Assembly (NCBI RefSeq): GCF_026210795.1
Contig: NC_089429.1
Span: 2,170,001-2,234,000 of the forward strand
Source of the DNA: Rhizophagus irregularis
Taxonomy: Eukaryota
DNA: 64,000 nt
Direction of reading: 5' to 3'
In this document: one piece after another, positions 24,990 to 38,261 of the stretch
Layout: every line of letters begins with the position of its first letter
Position numbering within the stretch: the stretch's first letter is position 1
Translations under genes and position numbers: made by a program
Notes under the pieces: generated by a model
Seen by the model: only the letters and a program-made list of their open reading frames with translations
What the model was told of the DNA's origin: nothing
The model's database searches: none

Positions 24990-25760
24990 GCTTTTAAAAA
25001 TCATTTTTAGATTTAACTTTATATAATAACATAAGTGAAATTAAAATAAGATATAAGAAAGAACGGGACAAAGTATATGAAATAGATGAATTCAAAAAAT
25101 TTTTTACGTATATTATTGAGATCAGTATCATAACTATCATTAACATATCCAAAGAAGAAGTAACTGAAATAAAGAAAATTGAATGGGAGATTAAATTAAA
25201 AGAAATTGACAGAATTAAAACGATTTTGTACGGAATTATAATAATGATCTTATTATTGAAAAAATGGAAAGGAAATGCAAACGACAATAGTACAGTAATT
25301 AAAATAGACAATTCAGTTGTATCATTTTTAACGAGGAAAAAAGTGAGCGTAAAAAACTTAATCTTAATCATTACAAGAATATTTTTAGTTAATAACAATA
25401 TAGATAGCAACACATTAAAAAAACTAATACGAGGGAATACGAAGATAGTCAGAGGCTAATGACTATAGAAAGATTAACGTTAAGCGTCATTAATATTGAA
25501 TTGGACAAATTTACGCTCAGATGGAAAAAAAAACAAATAATTTTTGGGAATTATGAAATCGGATGAAAAAGTTCATAACAAATTAAATATAAAAGTGAAA
25601 TTTTAACGAGTTCGTTATTAGAAGATATTTTTCATCGTAATGAATTACAAGAAACTGATTGGTCAAAAATTTTCATGCTTTTGAAAAAAAGGCATGTTTG
25701 GAAAATCGAGTTTCACGAGTGATTTAGACAATTCAATTAAAGCTTACAAATCTAAGAATT
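24990..25760 (+). mobile_element. Probable degraded non-LTR retrotransposon fragment (RNase H / post-RNase H region)
   Basis: Broken frames read ILYGIIIMILLL..STVIKIDNSVV, FWEL..MKKF and FHRNELQETDWSKIF, resembling RNase H-containing LINE ORF2 segments; recognised from memory only. Confidence 0.35.
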
Positions 25761-25929
25761 TGTTAAATAGTTACAAACACATAAATTATTATTTGTTAGA
25801 GGTAACGCGGTACCCATTAATTTATTGATGGAGTTAGTAGGTAGAAATGTATTTCGATATTTTAAATTTATTGTAAATTTTACATACAAATTTAAATGCA
25901 CGTTACTAACTAAAATAGAAAGTAACGAT

Positions 25930-26656
25930 TAGTGGTGCAAACTTTTGATGGTAATGCGGTGTCAAGTGACGTAACATCACGGGCGTGACTTCATACAGTT
26001 TTGACGTATGACGTAATTAAAAAAATAATTAAATAATTAAAACAAATAAAAATATTAAATAAATTAATTAAAAATAAAATTACTGCTTCTTTTAATTAAC
26101 AGCATTATTTAACATGTTTCTATATGCAATGCTATTACTTTTATATAAACGAAGGATATAACATCATGTAAACAATTTACTCTAATCTAGTATTTAAAAT
26201 ATTATCAACTATGTTAATAGGATTAAATTCTATATTATTATTAACTTCTTTATTAGTATTAGGTATATTTAGTTCTTCACGCAATCCATTTTCCCCCTGA
26301 AAGATTGGATTTGTATATCTATAAAATCTTCTTAAATTATAGTAGTAGTATATGGCGACATGTTAAATATCGAAACTTAATATAAATAATATAAACTTTT
26401 ATTTTTTATTTTTTATTTTTTTTATTTGAAAACTGCTTTTAAGTATATTAAGTTTAAAAGTAGTTACACCGAAAGTTCATTATATAAAGCCTAAAAATCT
26501 AAAAGTAATTACGTCAAAAGTTTATGTAAAGTCTAAAAAAATCCATATGGCAAAAGTCATTTATGGCGTCATACGACAATGTGACGCTACTGACGGGACG
26601 ACGGGAAGTTGAAAAAAATGACGTAACTACCTAAGGTTCAAAAGTCTGCACCACTA
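25930..26656. mobile_element. hAT-like non-autonomous element
   Basis: TIR tagtggtgcaaacttttga / tcaaaagtctgcaccacta (18/19); 8-bp TSD gtaacgat/ttaacgat (7/8); tgacg subterminal repeats. Confidence 0.85.
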
Positions 26657-27215
26657 TTAACGATAGAAATTGATAGAACACATGAATTATGTAATTTAGT
26701 ACAATGGGATCTGACGGTTTAAAGTTGTTCGATTAATCGATTAACGTTACACAAATTTGATTTATCAGCGTGTGACATTTCCGGTGACTCATTGAAACCC
26801 CTTTTAATCAGCAAAGTATAAACAGAGTTGTTTTATTTATAATTGATCGTCAACAAATTTTTCTAATTTCATATCAGATATTGACAGTACAGGTTATTCT
26901 CATTGGCTATAATAAATTTCGCCCCTAGTTCCATGCGGTTCAATTGGTCAAACATCTGGAATTTTTTGATTTGTAATCATTTGTAATTTGACGGAGAATT
27001 ACACCGTGAATTTTCTAAATTAAGTTGCTTGAATTCATACGTGATGACAAATTTCAACGTGCATAATTATAGATATGTCCTACAATTTTCTATATAGAAT
27101 ATCCTTAACTCTTTAAAGAAAAGTTCTGTAGAAATTCACTTTTTTATAAAATACAAATATTGCTTTATAGTTTTTACATTTACTTTTATAATCTATTTTC
27201 TTGAAATACAACATT

Positions 27216-29709
27216 ATGAACACAGATAATAATCCATTTGATCCTACACCAAAATTAAAATCTAGTCCCGTACCCGTTTTATTTATTCCTTTTAAGGAAA
27301 ATGAGGAAAAATGTAATTATTGTGGAATTAAATACTCCAAGACGCTTGAATATAACCAAAAATATTGCAAAAATTGTTTATTTTGGTATATTCAATATAT
27401 AACAGACAATAACTCTTACTTGGACGCACATAGTATCATATGTAAAAATAATTCTCAATGTATTAAACATAAAGCGACTAGAAATAATTCTTATACAACA
27501 AACCTTCAAGAATGGTGTGAATATTGTTCTGAGATTTTATACTTTACACAAGTAGTCACAAAAGATTTACTATCACAAAATTGTTATCACTTTATTAATG
27601 ATGCGTACTGCGAAGTTTGCAATTACAAGAGGCGGTTATTGGGTTGTCAGATTTCTTCTGGATGGGTCAAATCAACTTTGGCTAAAAAGCCTATTCCGAT
27701 TCTATATTTACCATGGTGGGATAGTCATAACCAATGTGTAGTTTGTTATATAGAACTAAGATATATACACCAAGAGTCAAAATCTTATTGTCAAAAATGG
27801 TGTCCACGTTGCTTTATAATTTATACGGGATGTAGGTATTGTTTAACAACAAATATAATTTTTGGAATTGCAGATCAATCCCAATGTAAGAAATGCAAAA
27901 GAATTTTATTCGTTAGAATTGATATTACAGATATTAGAAGTGGAAATCACATTATAGATGAATTTCTTATTTCTACAAAACCTAACAACTATTATACTCA
28001 CCAATTTATTGTTGATTACATTAACAGTAACACAAGTTGCGATCCATTTAATCTTTATTTATTTATTAGTGGTCATCTTTATTCAAGACAACGTGAAGAA
28101 ATAAAGTGGGTTCCATATTCTCAGATTAAGAATTTAAAGAAAATAGCAGAAGGAGGATTTAGTATTATTTATAAAGCAACTTGGTCATATAAAAACATTG
28201 ATGTTGCTGTAAAAAAATTACATTATTCGCAAAACGTCAGTAAATACTTTTTAAATGAGGTAATATTTTTACATTTTATATTCTTCAATGTGTTTTTTTT
28301 GATACTGTATTAATTGTTTCATTTATATACTCTAGTTAAATTCACTTTATCAATGTAATAATGGCATTTTTAAAAATTGGCTTATTGGTTGTTATGGTAT
28401 TACAAAAGATCCTATAACAAAAGAGTATATGTTAATATTGGATTATGCGGAAGGTGGAAATTTACATGATTATTTGCAGAAGAACTTTATAAATATTACA
28501 TGGCACAATAAATTGTTTATTTTAGAAGGAATTACAATGGGGTATAATATTTTAATACATTAATTATTACCTATATTTACAGTAAGTTTATTAATAATTA
28601 AATGTTTATTTCAGACTCCACAATATTCATAATCATAATTTTATACATCGAGATATTCATAGTGGAAATATGTTATTGTCAGATGTTTGGAAAGTTGGAG
28701 ACTTAGGATTATCACAACCTGCAAATAATACATTGTCAAATAATGAAATATATGGAGTAATACCTTATATCGCACCAGAAATATTTAAGGGTGCCGCATT
28801 TTCAAAAGAATCTGATATATATAGTTTGGGCATGATTATGTGGGAGCTTACAACAGGTTGTAAACCATTTGCTAATGTCGAACATGATCATAATCTCATC
28901 TTTAAAATTCTTGATGGAGAACGACCTAAAATTACAGAAGATACTCCTGAATGTTATGCCGATTTAATGAAAAAATGTTGGTATTCTAATCCTTCAAAAA
29001 GACCAACAATTAACAAAATCTATGGTTTTACTGTCAGTTTGGAAATTATGAGTAGAACTACTGTAGAAATTAATCAGGCTGAAAACAAAAGATTGGAATT
29101 AATACAATCAAAGAAACTTGGACCCGAATTTAGTGAAAAGTCTCATCCAAAAGCAATTTATACAAGTAGAGCATTAAGTGATTTGATTTCTAAAGCTTCA
29201 ACTATAAGTTCAATGGTTTCATCTAATATGAAACAAGGTATATTATAGTATATTATAATTAATGAAAAAAACTTGAAACATTAATTAGACGGCCGGATGT
29301 AAGTAATTCTTTAAATTTATATTAGTTAACTTAGATACTATCTTTTATTATTTTTTAGAATATATTACTAAAGAATATGAAATTGATATAAATAATATTC
29401 AAAGGTAATAATTAATATAATATACAGTATATAGCTTCGAATGAATAATAATATCGTATATTTTTTAGTTCATCCACAAAAAATACAAATTCGGTTACCC
29501 AAAGCTTAACTGTACCAATAAAGCGTAATTTTGAAAGATTGGAGAATGAAACGAATGAAACTCAAAAAAAATAGTAAGTAAACTTTTCTATTTACACATA
29601 ATAAACACTATTTTTAGGTTATCACGTCAACAATTCAATATTTTTTTTTTTAACTCAAATAGGAAACTATATTAAGCTGGAAAAGATGAATATTGCTGAA
29701 TGTGATTGA
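27216..29709 (+). CDS. Cys-rich N-terminal domain + TKL-type protein kinase (kinase 2), apparently intact. Predicted exons: 27216-28259, 28336-28541, 28615-29237, 29359-29404, 29469-29573, 29663-29709
   Basis: AEGGFS, VAVK, HRDIHSGN, GDLG and YIAPE motifs; splicing at GT-AG sites keeps the frame; 5' flank tttataatctattttcttgaaatacaacattatgaacacag is identical to that of kinase 1. Confidence 0.9.
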
Positions 29710-30716
29710 ACTTATTAAATTTGTATTCTATCAGGAAAAAATATTTAACACTGAAAGCTAACATCTGTGTATAAATTTGGTTTTAATTTTTTGTTGCATT
29801 TATATTAGTATGATATTTCTACGAATTATTTATCTAGTATAGTACAATATTAAACATTTACAAGTGTGTTAGCCCATAGATATTATAAAAAAACTCGCAA
29901 ATGATATTTTTGTAGTAGTACATATTTATTTATCAAAGGTATTCTTTATTTTTTAATGAAGGAAAAGGTACTGTCACGTTGACTTCACGTGACGAATATC
30001 TTACCGAGCAAATGTAAGGAACGTACGAGATTCATCAAATGCGTCGAAATTATTGAATATTTTAAATATTTGTGAGTTTTATTATTATTAGATTATTTTT
30101 ATTTTTATTTGACAGTAATATTTATTATTATTAGATTATTTTTATTTTTATTTTTATTAAACAGTAACAGTTAGCGAATACAAAATTTTTATAAACAATC
30201 AAAAATGAAAAAGTAAAATAAAAAAATCGAACCAAACTATTAGAAGAATCTACTTTGATGGTGGGTAATTAAATACGAAACTATTAAAGATATAACCAAC
30301 TACACCTAAAAACCATTTCTTTAATTAACCCACTACCTACCATACACTAGCCTAAGCTTGGTAAGTTGAAGCCCACCCTGCAGAAGAAAGTAAAATTGAC
30401 CCTATAAAATTATATAAATCAAACTACTAACATCTACGATGGCGCTACAAAGTAAGATTAGTGTAAAATTCTATAAAATAAATATAGCTTCTAATACTAT
30501 CCAAAGCATCATACTAAATAATATAATTATTACTACTATTATCCTGTACTTTCATGTTACGTTAAATTTAGCCATCAAATTATAGAGTTTTGTATTAAAA
30601 TTTTTTTTGATCATGACAACGTTACTTTGTTAATAAAAAGTAAAAAAAATAATAATTAATAACAAACTTTTGATATAAAGAAAGCTCATTTATTTTAATT
30701 TAATACTAGCTGTATG

Positions 30717-30775
30717 TAGTGTTCCAGATGGGTTGGGTTGAGTAGGGTCACCTAACCCATTTGACCTGAAATAAA
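30717..30775. mobile_element. Solitary decayed terminus of the 12818-type hAT family
   Basis: tagtgttccagatgggttgggttg resembles tagtgtcccgaaagggtcgggtc with CpG positions decayed. Confidence 0.5.
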
Positions 30776-30779
30776 TTCT

Positions 30780-31245
30780 TTAAAAAACACAAAGTTCAAT
30801 GTTTTAAATTAAAAAACATTATTTTTTTTACTTATTTTAATTAATAGTTAAAAACGTTAAAGTTTGATGTTTTTAATTAAAAAAAAAACATTTTTTTTAT
30901 TTATCTTAATTAAAAATGTCAAGTTAGACGTTTTTAAATTAAAAAACCAATTTTTAACTTTTTTTAATTAAAAAAACCAATTTTTTTAAATTTTTTTAAT
31001 TAAAAAATGGCAATTTTGGTGATTTTAATTAAAAAACATCAATTTTGACGTTTTTATAATAATTGAAAAATATCAATTTTGACGTTTTTATAATAATTGA
31101 AAAATATCAATTTTGACGTTTTTAATTGAAAAAACGTTTTTTTTTTGACGTTTTTAATTGAAAAAACGTTTTTTTATTGACATTTTTAATTGAAAAAACG
31201 TTTTTTTATTGATTTTAATTAAAAACGTCAATTTTGATGTTTTTT
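30780..31245. repeat. AT-rich minisatellite of ~30-bp units (aaaaaacgtcaattttgacgtttttaatt-like)
   Basis: About 15 degenerate units, each partly palindromic. Confidence 0.8.
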
Positions 31246-31817
31246 AGCCTCCTATTACTTCTCATTATTCCATACTTTTTTGTCTCCATTATTTTCTATT
31301 ACATCTTTTCATTTTCCATTATCTTTTTTTCTCTCCTCTTCATTCCCATCACTCCTTTTTGTCTCCCATCGCTCCTCTTCATCTTTCCATCAATCCTTTT
31401 CGTCTCCCATCATGTCCGATTTCTCCTTTTTGATTTCTATCATTACTCCCTTTCATCTTCTATTACTTTCCATTGTTATTTCATTTTTTTATTAGCATCT
31501 TTCTCCTTGATCATTGTAATTTACTTATCTTTTTATTTATTGTTATTGTTTCTTTTATTTGTATCACTTCATTAAAAATACAGTGATTCTTTTCTTTAAA
31601 ATCGTAAATGTGTGACTTAAATTTAATATTTGCAAATAAAATTTCATTAGATAAGATTATTTTGAATAAATGTTTGCAAAAAATTTTTTTTTTAAAAATA
31701 TCTTTTGCGATAAAATTTTAAGTTTAGCCGATCAAAAATTAGCTAAGTTGCTGTCAGCCAATCAAGAAATTTACTCTATATATTGTACATCATGTGACAT
31801 ATTTGAAAAAAAAACCC
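31245..31817. repeat. Dispersed repeat family B, copy 1
   Basis: Pyrimidine-rich catcactcct repeats, then ~350 bp nearly identical to 62130-62480; both copies end at tttgaaaaaaaaccc. Confidence 0.85.
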
Positions 31818-34442
31818 ATTCCCTTAAATTTACTATTTTAACTTATAATAAACCGAAATCTGCCATTCTCTATACTTGACTTACTCATTATAGATAGAAA
31901 ACATTAATTTATTTATTTAACGAAGCTTATATATACAACAATTTGCATATTTATAAATTGGTCATTTTTTTTTACAATAAAAATATCTTTTAAAAGCATG
32001 TCAAGCTCCCCCATGAAAATGACCTCTTGTTTATATACAATATTTAAATTAACATTCTTCCTAAAAATTTGGTGATGCCATTAACTTGCATTGCAAAGGA
32101 ACCTGAAATACATCCGTCAGAACTAAATAAATAACAAATTGATAAAAGTTTTAATCTAGTTGCAGATTTTAAATTACGATGAATATTATTTTGTACTGTA
32201 ACATTCAAACATTCAAATGTCAGCATTGATAGAAACTTATATGAATTCTTTGGAGTCCTATCGATCCGTAATCAATATATATTTTTCCTTATCATGTAAT
32301 AAAATATTGAAGAAACTGAAATTATTGTCTTGACTTCAATATTCGTCCTACTCCAATTCAGAAATTTCATAATGCAGATTTATCGAGATAAGGACAAAAT
32401 GAATTGATATAAGCCCTACAAAATTTTCAAAATTTTTTAGTCACTATAACCTAATACCATATGAGGTTTACCACCCTGTTAATTATGCATAAGCAGGGAA
32501 CCCCAGGACACCTATGTGGCCATCATAGGATCTATGGCAATCTCATATAGTATTCAATAACAACAACTAAGTAAGAGTAATGACATAGAAATATGTGTCA
32601 TTTCCACGGGCACCACGGCCTGCCCTCCCATATGGATCGGCTTGGGGATCACCTATGTGGCATCATTGTAGCTACGACTTGTGCACAAAGCAGATGACTA
32701 CATAGCCAGTAGCAAATGGTACGTACTACGAGCACATAAACTTCTATGTCAATCACAACAGTCCACCATCCGGAATACTTTCTGCGATCCCTTCTCCGGT
32801 GAACACATACTCGTATGTCCATCCGGCAAACTGTTATTTATACTCACCATTTAATGATATGACCCAGCCTCGTTTAGTGTTAGCTTGTCCTCTATCGCAA
32901 ATAGATACCAAATTTGGCATCATCTTAAATTCTTAAATTTGAAAGAATCAAATGTGTGATAGACAGCAGAAAACATGTAAAAAAGAACCACAAAAGCGTC
33001 TAAACTGACAGGAGTAGTTGCAGTGGTTTTTCACTTACAAAACAAGTTTCCAATAGCTATCTAGTGAAACTCGTCACCCATATGTTGTCCAAAGGCAGTT
33101 CCACCAGTAAATACAGTTCTTGATGTTGATATATATTTTTTTTCCGCCTTAATATTTATTTGCGCGTGAAAAAAAAGGTATTTATTAGATATTTATTTGA
33201 AAAGAAAGTATTTATAAAAAAGTACTTAGTCGTATCTGAAGGAGGAGTGAAAGAGATGGGTGTATTAAAAAAAAAAGAAAAAAGACTGTATAAATATTAT
33301 TTTTTTTTTGTTGTACAAGCTTTTCATATAAGTATAAATGATATCAATATACAACAATATCAAATATGATTATATTGTAGCTTTTAATTACCTAATCATG
33401 ACGTATTTACCTTCTTTTAGTATGCTTATTGTTGAATCAATGTTTGATTCGTCAGAGTTTTTTAGATATAAGTTGCAACTTTATCTACAGATAAAATTAC
33501 GAAGATTAAACCAAGGAAGATTATATTACTTGTTTTTATTATTGATATATTTCTAATTTTTTTTATATTTTATATTTTTGTTACGTGTTTCCTTAGATAC
33601 ATTTTAGTGTAATTTTTTTAATATAAATAAAACTCTGCCTTGATGCAGACGAAGGATATAGTGAGAGTTTTACCAGAAAAATGATAATAAGATTTGAATA
33701 TTGATCTTTTCGTGACAGAGAAGCGTGCTGTAGCTTTCACATTTGTTTTGATAATCGCAATTTGTATAACTATAATTTTCTGCTTTGCAATCGTTTATTT
33801 TTATAAACCTTAAAAAACTGGCGTACGTAACAATACCAAGCTTAATGCGAGTTTACATGTAATACAAAGTAATTAATCACATGTAGAATTACCACGCAAC
33901 CGGTGGACTTTGGAACATTATACGTAAATATTTTAAGCATTTATTTATTAGAGGAGTTCTCTTTTATGACGAGTGTATAAGATGAATTTGTTAAGTATAG
34001 GATTAGCAGCATATTTAGGTTTATATTGTATAATTAACACAAATGATCTTAAGAAATTTTTCTAAATAAATTCTTTTATGATCGATATAATAGAGTTAAA
34101 AGTTGTAAATATTTTACATCCTATAGAGAAATATATTATTTAATATTCGTGTTTAGTTTAGTAAACGTGTTAAAAATTAGATTTAATGGATATAAGACGT
34201 ATATTACTAAATTTTATAAAAAAAAAAATATTCATCAATATTTATATTTATAAAACGTGTACAAAGGCCAGGTAAAAACCATTTTTCTAAAACATAAAGA
34301 TATTTATTAGCTAATAGAAATATTCACTTAACATCATTATTTCAACGAATGAAGACTGAACACGGATTTACTGAAGTGTACATACATATTTTATAATTTT
34401 TTACTAATGTTTACTTTTGAACGTATATGTAATGGTATTACA

Positions 34443-34670
34443 ATGTTTATAAACAAAGATAACTACTCATTTGATCCTGCGCCAAGATTAAAATCTAATC
34501 CTATGCCTGTTTTATTTATTTCTTTAAGAACAATGAGTACAAATGTAATTATTTTGGAAATAAATACTATGACGCACTTAAATTTAACAAAAATATTGCA
34601 AAAATTGTTTAATTTGGCATATTAATGATATAAAGGACAAACGTTTACATATACTTAGATTACTTCGAAT
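34443..34670 (+). pseudogene. 5' relic of a Cys-rich kinase family gene
   Basis: MFINKDNYSFDPAPRLKSNPMPVLFISL followed by frameshifted KCNY and KYCKNCL motifs; similarity is lost after ~34670. Confidence 0.8.
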
Positions 34671-34879
34671 CTGAATATAAGCTAATTACAGCGTTGATCG
34701 TTTTGTTCAATCACAACGAAATCTTATCCATTTCACTTTACGTGGATCACATTATCAAGTAGCTATGGGAGATGCTTTTGTTTGACAATGCAGTAATTTA
34801 CGACATATATAATTTATCGATACTATATTTGATAGATCTTATCAATTATATTGACTTCCAATCATAAAAACATTGATCC

Positions 34880-36700
34880 ACGGGCACAATTCTAAAGTAG
34901 GAGAAAATCCTTTGTCCTGGCGGTCGGGGTGAAGGGCATGGCTTTTGTGACTGGAACCCAGATTAATTGGGATAGAGACTTGGAAACTTTCACGTTTCTT
35001 CGGTCTTGATTTGATTTCTTTCGTTTCATCCGAAGTGTAAGAGGGTCTACTATAATCTTCATATGTCGGTAAAGGGAGATTAGCTTTCTTTTTCCTCTTT
35101 ATCTTCTTTGACGAGGAGCTCTCTAATGACGAATCAGGTAATAAAGCTGCACTGACACGCTTATGGAATTTATCTTGAAAATTTGGTAACGCATCTATTT
35201 TGCATAAACTTCATGTGGAATTGTTCCGTAAAATTTAGCTCTATCTTTTATCTTATTCATCTTGGGTGATATTCTTTTTGTATTCAGCATTCCACTTTTC
35301 TTCCTTAATGACTCTGAACCATTTAGCTGATCCAGGTAGTGATATTTTTCTGGACTTAGAGTAAAGAGGAGTTTTAGATCAGGCGTGATTGTGGCGTAGA
35401 TGAACTTGGAATACATGTATAAGCTTGCACATGTATTGTGGAAGGTGGTGCTAAAGATGTAATTGTGTCAAGGTTAGTCGTCATGTAAGTGCTAGTTTTA
35501 GATCTAAAATAGAATAAGGGATTAAGAATGGATGATCCGATGGATAATCCGAGATGTCCTTTCTTATATTGGAGGTGCAATATCAAGTAAGAAAGATTTC
35601 CGACTAGTGGTTATCGGGATTCATACTAGGAGTATTAGAACGAGGCTTGAATAAACGTGCTAGATGATGTTCTCTTCTTTGTTGTTGAATCTTTCTGGTC
35701 TTCTTGTTAATTATAAATGATATCATGGTAATTATTGTAACGTTTCCAATACATATATCGTTTCGGACATTGGCATGATAAGACCGAAACATATCCTAAC
35801 TGACTTGGTTATGTTTTCTGTCTTATTAGCATGAAGGAATTAAATGAAGTATTGGATCTTGAATATATTTTCTTATTAAAGGATATGATTCCAAGTTGCG
35901 GAAAAAGTTACGCAGGCGCGTTGGTCTTCTGTACAGGTAAAGCTTCTGATATAGTATATACACAATTACCGGTATAAATAATCTATATTTTTGTATGAGA
36001 ACCTAACGATTCGATTTTGGGTTTGAGGTTCTGCGTGAATTAATGCATTTGATTCGTTCTAGTAATTTTTTCTAATTAACGGGAAAGTTTCTTGTCGTGG
36101 TGGAACTTTTTGTAAGGAAAAAAATGCGTGAGAAATTTACTCGTTTGGTAATTGTGATTGATATGTTTGCTTGTGGTGTTCATATGATGATAGTTCGTTC
36201 ATGTTTATTTTAAGGTGAATTTCATTGGTGTTCGTCTGTTGATCAGCTAACTCGAGGAAGTAACATTTGCTTCTTTTAAAATTTGTAGATCTTGTAGCCT
36301 CAGTCTATCAGTCAGGTTTGAGCACGTGAAATTTTGCTGCGGAAATAAGGAATTTTTTCCCCCCGGGGGGAAGGTAATAGGTTAGGGGAAAAAGACGTAA
36401 TAAAAGTGTATGATTATAAAAGTGTGGTTGGGCAAGGGTGTTCCTAGGAAAATAAGAGTATCATAGAACCAGCGTGGCGGGGCGAAACCTTATTCCAACT
36501 TCGTTGGTCAAGTAATTCTTTATAGAAGGTTGAAACTTCTATCCGTACATATACAATGGTAGGTATGGAGTGTCGAATATCGTTCTTGTGAAGGTGTTAA
36601 ACGTTGTAGCAGTGGTGTCTATTAGAAGGTTTCTTTATCTTGCTGCGCCACAGCATGAAGGTTTCAGCCATTTGTAGTTAATTCTAAATGGATGATGACA
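34880..36700 (-). mobile_element. Higher-GC degraded insertion, probably a retroelement-associated ORF relic
   Basis: Compositional shift; broken minus-strand frames (SNR.GFSY-like, PGSAKWF, AKFYGT) recall a repetitive Glomeromycota protein family; begins shortly after the kinase relic stops. Confidence 0.35.
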
Positions 36701-38261
36701 TAGGAATATAAATTACGCCATGGTTGAATTTCACGTGATTTTTCCAATCATTTGTTAACGTATAAACTTATTCTTTCTTTACGTACTTTACGTACTGAAT
36801 GGGCAGGACCAAAGGTATTAAATATGCCTTTTTATTTTATTTATTTATTTAATTTTTCTTGCAAGTTTTTAACTATATATTAATGTAACATAATTAATAT
36901 TTTTACTTATTATATTTTTATTGTTTATAATCTTTATATATATCTATTATGTCTATTATATTATTTATATGATTATTTAAAATTATTTGCAGATTTATCC
37001 GAATGTAAAATATAGTTAATAATTTGAGAAAGTTATATACTATATAAAAAAAATTTACTAATACATTTAATACATTTTTAATTTATACTTTTTATTATCA
37101 AATAAAATAAAAGATAATGAAATTGTTCTTATTAGAAGTAAAACGCTTTTAATTAAGTCTGAAAATGATTTTAATTGTTTGGTGAAGAATAAAGAAAAGA
37201 TGCATGAGAATCTCGTGAAAGCGACGACGTTGAAAAAATCGAATAAATGTATTGATAGCATTGTTGGGTTCGACGAGGATAATAGTAATTAAAGAAGGAC
37301 TATCGAATATTATAGTTTCTATTGAAACTTGAAATTACTTGAATTATCTAAAATTTTCTTGCTCAACAAGACTACGACGATGAATATAAGGAATATTATT
37401 CAAGGAAATAGAAAAAGCTGATAAAAAGACAAAAGATAAAATACATTTGGGTTCATTAGATTTTCTGATCCTAACCCTTTGTGTAAAAGTGGTTTGTTGC
37501 TAACAAACAAAGAGTGGAATATTTTAGTTGAATCATTGTTAAAATGAATTCAATATTCGTTTTTGTATTAAATAAATTTATGTTAATAAATTTATCATGT
37601 TCTCACTCATGCTATTTTGTAATATTCTGTATTTAGATCTTTATTTCAATAAAAAAATTATAGAAATTTTTTACAATTAAATAAAATATAATGCATCAAA
37701 ACGATACTACCCATTTTACCCGTTTGTTATTCCATAACCGGATTACTTAATAAATAACCGAGAATAATATTGGTTAATTCACGTGATTGCGATCATTCAT
37801 GGCTTTAACTATTTTTTAAATGGTAAGAATTTTTTGAAGCAGTTAATCCCGGAGCAGGTAAATCCATCCTGTGATAAAAATAGTTTTACTATTTTTAGGA
37901 TTTACTGCGATTTTTACATGATCGACATCAATTTCAACTATTTCGAAAACGGCAAACAAAATAACAAATCAATATCATGGATTGACAAAATTAACTAAAT
38001 TAAGTAAACTATTTTAGATTCTTTAAGGGACTTTTCTCACAATATATAAAGTCGTTAAATAATTTATTGTTTAACCTATAATCTACTTTTTTTTTTTAAT
38101 AAAAACGTTATGAACATAGAAAAAATCATATCATAGTAAATAGGTGTATATTAAAAAGAAATATTTTCGCTATTTCATTTTTTTTTTTTTTTTTTTTGTA
38201 CAAAAAAAAATCCAAAAATATAAAGATCTACAAATTTATAATACAGTATAAAGTTTACAAA

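Noticed and set aside
31234..31575. Hydrophobic ORFs here and at 61782-62224 and 23842-24027 that look like membrane proteins
   Set aside because: Products of pyrimidine-rich low-complexity repeat DNA
32044..32226. Short ORF containing IHRNLKS, reminiscent of a kinase catalytic loop
   Set aside because: No other kinase motifs nearby; likely chance or too decayed to support
37100..37550. Possible decayed coding fragment (..NPLCKSGLLLTNKEWNILVESLLK)
   Set aside because: No recognisable family and multiple stops; cannot be supported without a search
38196..38261. ORF-track start upstream of the membrane protein; similar non-ATG starts at 14187 and 27201
   Set aside because: These are TTG starts from a prokaryote-style caller; the first ATGs (38262, 14202, 27216) were used instead
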